Below, piece by piece: positions 57,548 through 64,000 of a stretch of 64,000 bases of DNA. The stretch comes from Eledone cirrhosa (taxonomy: Eukaryota): contig OZ024742.1 in the NCBI GenBank assembly GCA_964016885.1, positions 270,134,001 to 270,198,000 on the forward strand. The letters are read 5' to 3'. The position numbers and the translations under genes are program-made. The notes beneath the pieces were generated by a model, which did not search any database, was not told where the DNA came from, and saw only the letters and a list, made by a program, of their open reading frames with translations. Numbering within the stretch: position 1 is the stretch's first letter; each line of letters begins with the position of its first letter.

Positions 57548-58119
57548 ATATATATATATATATATCATCTTACTCCATATTTCTAAATAGGTTTCTATTT
57601 TGAAATATTGAGCGCCTGAAAACTGTATAACAGCATTCAGTCAATGTTACATGAACAACAAGATATACTACTCAGTTAGAGAGGATTTCTTTGTCTACAT
57701 TTTTAAATCCGGGCACTTGAGGCCCACTAACATTCACAATATTTAATTATTTGCTCCAGTTCTTTCACCTGATGTCCAGCAGAATGTAGATCACAAAGAC
57801 CAATATGATTTAGGTTTTCACATATAAGGCCTCTGTTTGCAGGGAGACAAGCCATTTCAGCTTGCATTTGTAATATTTGCTTGGGCACCTCCTCTATTAG
57901 CCATGGGGTGTTGACTTTCTCTGCAAAGCAGCTAAGCCACACGATGACTGATGAAATACCTTCATTAGAATGATATCATGTAATACGGAGAAATCTAAAA
58001 GAAACAAGAATTTGTCATAATTTACCATTCCTTTATATGCTTTCAAGGAACAAGCTATATATGTTAAATGCAATATGAGTACATGTTTCTAGATGAAAAT
58101 TCGAAACGATGTATTCGTA

Positions 58120-58333
58120 TTCTACTTGAAGAGCGAGGAATAGCAATTTTGGAGGAGGGGAAAGTCGATTATATCAACCCCAGTGTATGACTGGACGTTA
58201 TTTTATCGACCCCGTAAGGATGAAAGGCAAAGTAAACCTCTGCTGGATTTGAACTCAGATAATAAAGGGCCGTAATTCCATGCTGCAAAGCATGGCGTCC
58301 GGCCCTCTACTGATACTGTAAATCCACTGTCCT
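58120..58333 (-). mobile_element. Octopus-type tRNA-derived SINE, diverged
   Basis: ttttatcgaccccgtaaggatgaaaggcaaagtaaacctc..gatttgaactcag; B-box-like gagttcaaatcc on the minus strand. Family recognised from memory of Octopus repeats. Confidence 0.8.
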
Positions 58334-58752
58334 GATGTATGTTGACATATAATAATGAATAAGGGTACTTTTCTCTTTATACTGACCATATTATTTGTTC
58401 TAAAAACTGTTATAAGGGCTAATTACTGAAGAACACATACCGGCATATACTACGAGATTCAGTGGACAAACATCGTGACAACGTGTCGTGGACTCTACTC
58501 GAGAATCAAGTAACAACGCTACCATCAATGATTCTACAAAATAATAAAGACATTGCATTACATAACCCCTATAAAATTGAATTTGCTAATAAGAAATATC
58601 AGGAATAAGGAACACATCATATGTATATATATATATTCTTACATTGCTAAATAGATATATATATATATCAAATTATATTTAGAGTCATTTTACAATACAA
58701 ACACTTAGGTGTTTATCATATATTAATTTATATTAACTTGTATATTTTTATA

Positions 58753-59047
<295 letters not shown>

Positions 59048-59770
59048 TATATATATATATACATTTTTTTTTTTTTTACATTGATAAACATATATATTAA
59101 TCAACAGAAGTTCGGACTGGAGAATTTGTTTTAAAAATCTGTCTAAAATGCGGCCGATAGATTAGAATTTAGATCTCTACGAAAGCGTAGCCATACATAT
59201 AATTGTGGAGTGACATTCTTTGTGAAGAGTCCTGTGACGTCACTTCGCAGCACAAACCCCTTCAATCACTCCCATCACCAATAAATCATCAAGTGTTCGA
59301 CTACTGCTCCTCCAAGTAAAACAGTCCATTTAACAGGCAGTTCCTAATCGAATTTTCAAATTTCACTTTTCTAATCTCTTTTCTCTCATCTTCCAGTTAT
59401 GTAAATCAGTGGAGGTTACCTCTAATGAGATCGTTCTATCTTGCAACAAAATTGGAGGATGGAGCAGGGACATAGAATAATGTATTGTGATTTCACATAA
59501 TTAAAGTTTAATAGTAACATTTTCAGTCCGGCCTTTTTAGTGTTGTTTAATAAATTCTTTATGCTGTTTCTGCCCCAACCACTGGATCCCATATCGACGG
59601 TGACTGCCGTGCATAACGTGCATAACGTTAAGAGCTTTCATTGATTTATTGCTTTATAGTTTGCGAACATGAACCACCAGTTCTCCCCATTGGTAATCAA
59701 ACTAACATAAATGGTTTATATATGTATGTATCTCTCTCTCTCTATATATGTATATATTTATACACACACA

Positions 59771-60960
<1,190 letters not shown>

Positions 60961-61293
60961 AAATTCAATAACGAAGTATATATATACATATAACAAAGAC
61001 GATGTGGTACGTTACAAGGTGGTATAAAATACAGATCTAGCTGTCGAAACGAAGGGAGCTGAGCAGTCGGATTCCTGAATCTTTTCATATTATTTTCATA
61101 GGGAAAGAAGAATTCTCTATGTAAAATACAGAGCTATTCAATTATGTAATAAACGACGCAATATAATTGTTCCATTAACCAAGGTTTCCCGAAGTTAAAC
61201 GATTCAAACAGGTACGTCTGATATATTTCTTCAGATAGAAATCTATATTTAAGTAATGGAATACTTATATTATTTTGGTTATTACATAATTAA

Positions 61294-61331
<38 letters not shown>

Positions 61332-61361
61332 ATAAGTGGTAACACAACAGTTAGTTCAGCT

Positions 61362-61411
61362 CAGTACCGAGGATAAATTATTTCACCTTAGCGGATCTTC
61401 AGCTCGTACTG
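61362..61411 (-). ncRNA. Type I hammerhead motif with an intact core
   Basis: Minus strand: cagtac-gag CTGAAGA t cc-gctaa-gg t GAAA taattta TC ctc-g-gtactg. Confidence 0.7.
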
Positions 61412-62137
61412 GTCATGGTGATACGTAACAGGTAGAACAACCGTATGTACGCGCATGCGCATAAACGTTCACTTCACCCAAGTGATGCAAATCCTCGGGC
61501 GAAAGGTCTAAGGGAGATAACTGCGAAAATCCGGAAAAGATTTTCGAGTTGATAAGAAAATTAGAATGTTCTTGTTATTCAATCCCGAGCTTTGCAGTTA
61601 TGTAAGAGTTGCTTCCAGACATGTGGACAACGCGAGAATATTTCATTTCTTGAATTTAGGCAATTGCTATTCCGTAATGTTCTTATAATATTTATCCTTT
61701 CTTCAATACACAGTCCACAAGACGGATTGCCCCTTGCGTATGGCTTGGACTTAGTGATAGCTTTCCATTGAATGGAATAGTCTATACCACTAAAGCCATG
61801 TAACTGTCATGTAACTACTTGTGTCTCAGAAACATATTTAAGATTTCTATCGACTGTATTGATTTTAATCAACACGAAAAGGTTTAAGTTAGATTCAATC
61901 TTTCTTTATCTATCGTTTTTGCGGCATATGTATGGCCGCTGCATTCGATCGTTTTTCTTGGTGTCACACTTTTTAACTGTTATGCTTACGCTGGGCCATA
62001 ATATATTCAATTCTCGCATCTTTGAGGGCTTTGTGATTGCCTGGAATAGTGCATGCTGTACTGCAGCTTCAAATTAGGATTCACAACTAATACACACACA
62101 TATGCAGACGCATATATATATATATATATACATATAT

Positions 62138-62231
<94 letters not shown>

Positions 62232-63329
62232 ATATATTAGAAAATATATAGTATTGACGTACATGTACGTCAATACTCATCTTTTTCCATTTATCTGAGG
62301 GTTCTAAACCCCGTTATCAAGCTAAAATTCCTTCAGTCAAAAATACGGTGAAAGCTATATATTTTCTAATTTCAAACTCGCTCACTGTTTCAAAACATAC
62401 TTACTTGATATATATATATATATATAAAGAGAGAGAGAGAGAGCTGCAAGTGGTGCAAATATATGCAGATATCTAAATATATTGTTTATTCAATACTTTA
62501 ATGTGCTGTCAATACTCACTTATAATTTCATTCGTTATTTATTTACATTTTGCAATCATATAAGAGGCATCATGCATTCCGGTAAAAGTTGCTAACAAAA
62601 TGAAAAATCAATAATATACATAAAGAAATCTTCCTTATAATACTTTTATCTTACTTTATTTAAATATTACACTTTTTGAAGAAACGATAATCAAATATCT
62701 ACATTCGGTCTTGTACCCAAGTGTATTCATGAATATATATACCCAAGTATAATGGTTTGGATATACACAAAATTATTGTTATTCGTATGTACTAAGCAGA
62801 TTATAACTAACATTATTTATGAAAAAAAGAAAACGTACGAAGACTGAATATTCCAAATGTTTAACATGTTCGCACGTTCATTCATGAAATTGTGAGGAAC
62901 GTACTATGTGGAATTATTTAAAAACATAAGCTATATTCCTTATAGAGATTTGGATATGTACTGCCCGAAGTATTTTTTTTATATATTTCGATTTATTTTC
63001 TTTATATATAGGTTTTAAATGCCTTCAATATCGCGATATCATCCTGGTCAATTAGGAGAAAACGAATTTCTCCAGGCATACAAATATATACACGCATACG
63101 TATACACACAAGCATACACACACACATGAATACACACTTATCAAGTTGACCATATAAGTATTCTGGTTAAGATTGTGAATATTTGAAGATTATTCCAATA
63201 TCCAAGGTCATCAATGGAGTGGGTGGCCGGACATATCTTCAACCAAATCAACTAGATGTTCTTTAATGGGTGGAAAGGAAAAACATGCAGCTGAACGCGG
63301 ATTAATTTGAGTTAATCCACTTTGGAAAA

Positions 63330-63970
63330 GAGAATCCACTGAAACTCCCATACACCCTTCCTTCGGGTGAAACTCTCATGACATCCAACAACATCAGGGA
63401 CTTGGGAGTAATTGTGGACAACATAAGCTAGGCCACTCATATAAACAGCAGAATTTATATGGCCCACATAATGTGTCCCTGGATTCTCAGAAATTCTCTT
63501 CTTCACTTTTGCCCGACCCTACCTTGAATATTGTTTTCCAACGTGATCTCCCCACACAAAACAAAGTATCATAGGAATTGATGCACCTCAGAGGTCAATA
63601 ACGAAAACGATAGATGGCATGACAGGCATTGCCTATTCGGGTCGACTAGTAAAGATCAAACTTTATAATCTCTAACTGTGCCGTTTGTACTATATGATCT
63701 GCATGATGTGTAAAATATTCCATCTTGCGCCCCGTGCTATCCGCCCACAGAAAAAATCAAACTCACCTCTCATAATAACAATACGGCACAATTATTTCAT
63801 CTCAATTGGACCCACTTTCTTTAAAATTACACCAAAACCGTAAAACGGAAACAGAACCCATAAAGTTCAAGTACACGTTGTACAAATTGTTTCAGGAAAT
63901 CCCGGATAGATCACCTACACCCGGATATGTCTCCGTAAACTCTCCGTAAACTCTCCGTAAACTCTCTTCT
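63330..63970 (+). mobile_element. CR1/Jockey-group LINE 3' fragment, decayed
   Basis: Plus-strand translations IRDLGVIVDN, FARPYLEYCFPT*SPH and QRSITKTIDGMTGIAYSGRL, typical of the region after the RT core. (ctccgtaaact)x3 at ~63931-63965. Confidence 0.7.
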
Positions 63971-64000
63971 TGAGTGGGCCATGGTGTTCAAATCCAGGCT

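Noticed and set aside
57727-57942. 71-aa ORF with HIGLCDLH, faintly like a transposase CxxH motif or a host exon
   Set aside because: Too short, and no other supporting motifs were recognised.
61166-61222. HHR-like CTGAAGA..GAAAccttggTT on the minus strand
   Set aside because: Domain II does not pair and stem I is out of register; at best a relic.

Overview
Eukaryotic, AT-rich, repeat-dominated DNA, probably from an octopod cephalopod (judged from an Octopus-type tRNA-like SINE, recognised from memory). No host protein-coding gene could be supported, and the many 'YIYIYI' ORFs are translations of (TA)n microsatellites. Decayed non-LTR retrotransposons are present: R4/Dong-like (RT+RLE), RTE-like, Tx1/L1-like and a CR1/Jockey-group fragment. 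There are also at least three lineages of Penelope-like elements (PLEs): three Naiad-type copies (one nearly intact), one Neptune-type copy and three 'WWD'-type copies. The main hidden signal is in the non-coding DNA between the (TA)n tracts. It consists largely of short tandem or fold-back units carrying type I hammerhead-ribozyme (HHR) motifs, about 20 motifs from roughly 10 sequence families. These include HHRs with very large branched domain II inserts (80-95 nt, one with a conserved pseudoknot candidate), U3-A8 core-covariant HHRs, a recurrent U-U mismatch at the base of stem II, and retrozyme-like tandem arrays. All structures were read by eye; none was computed or tested.
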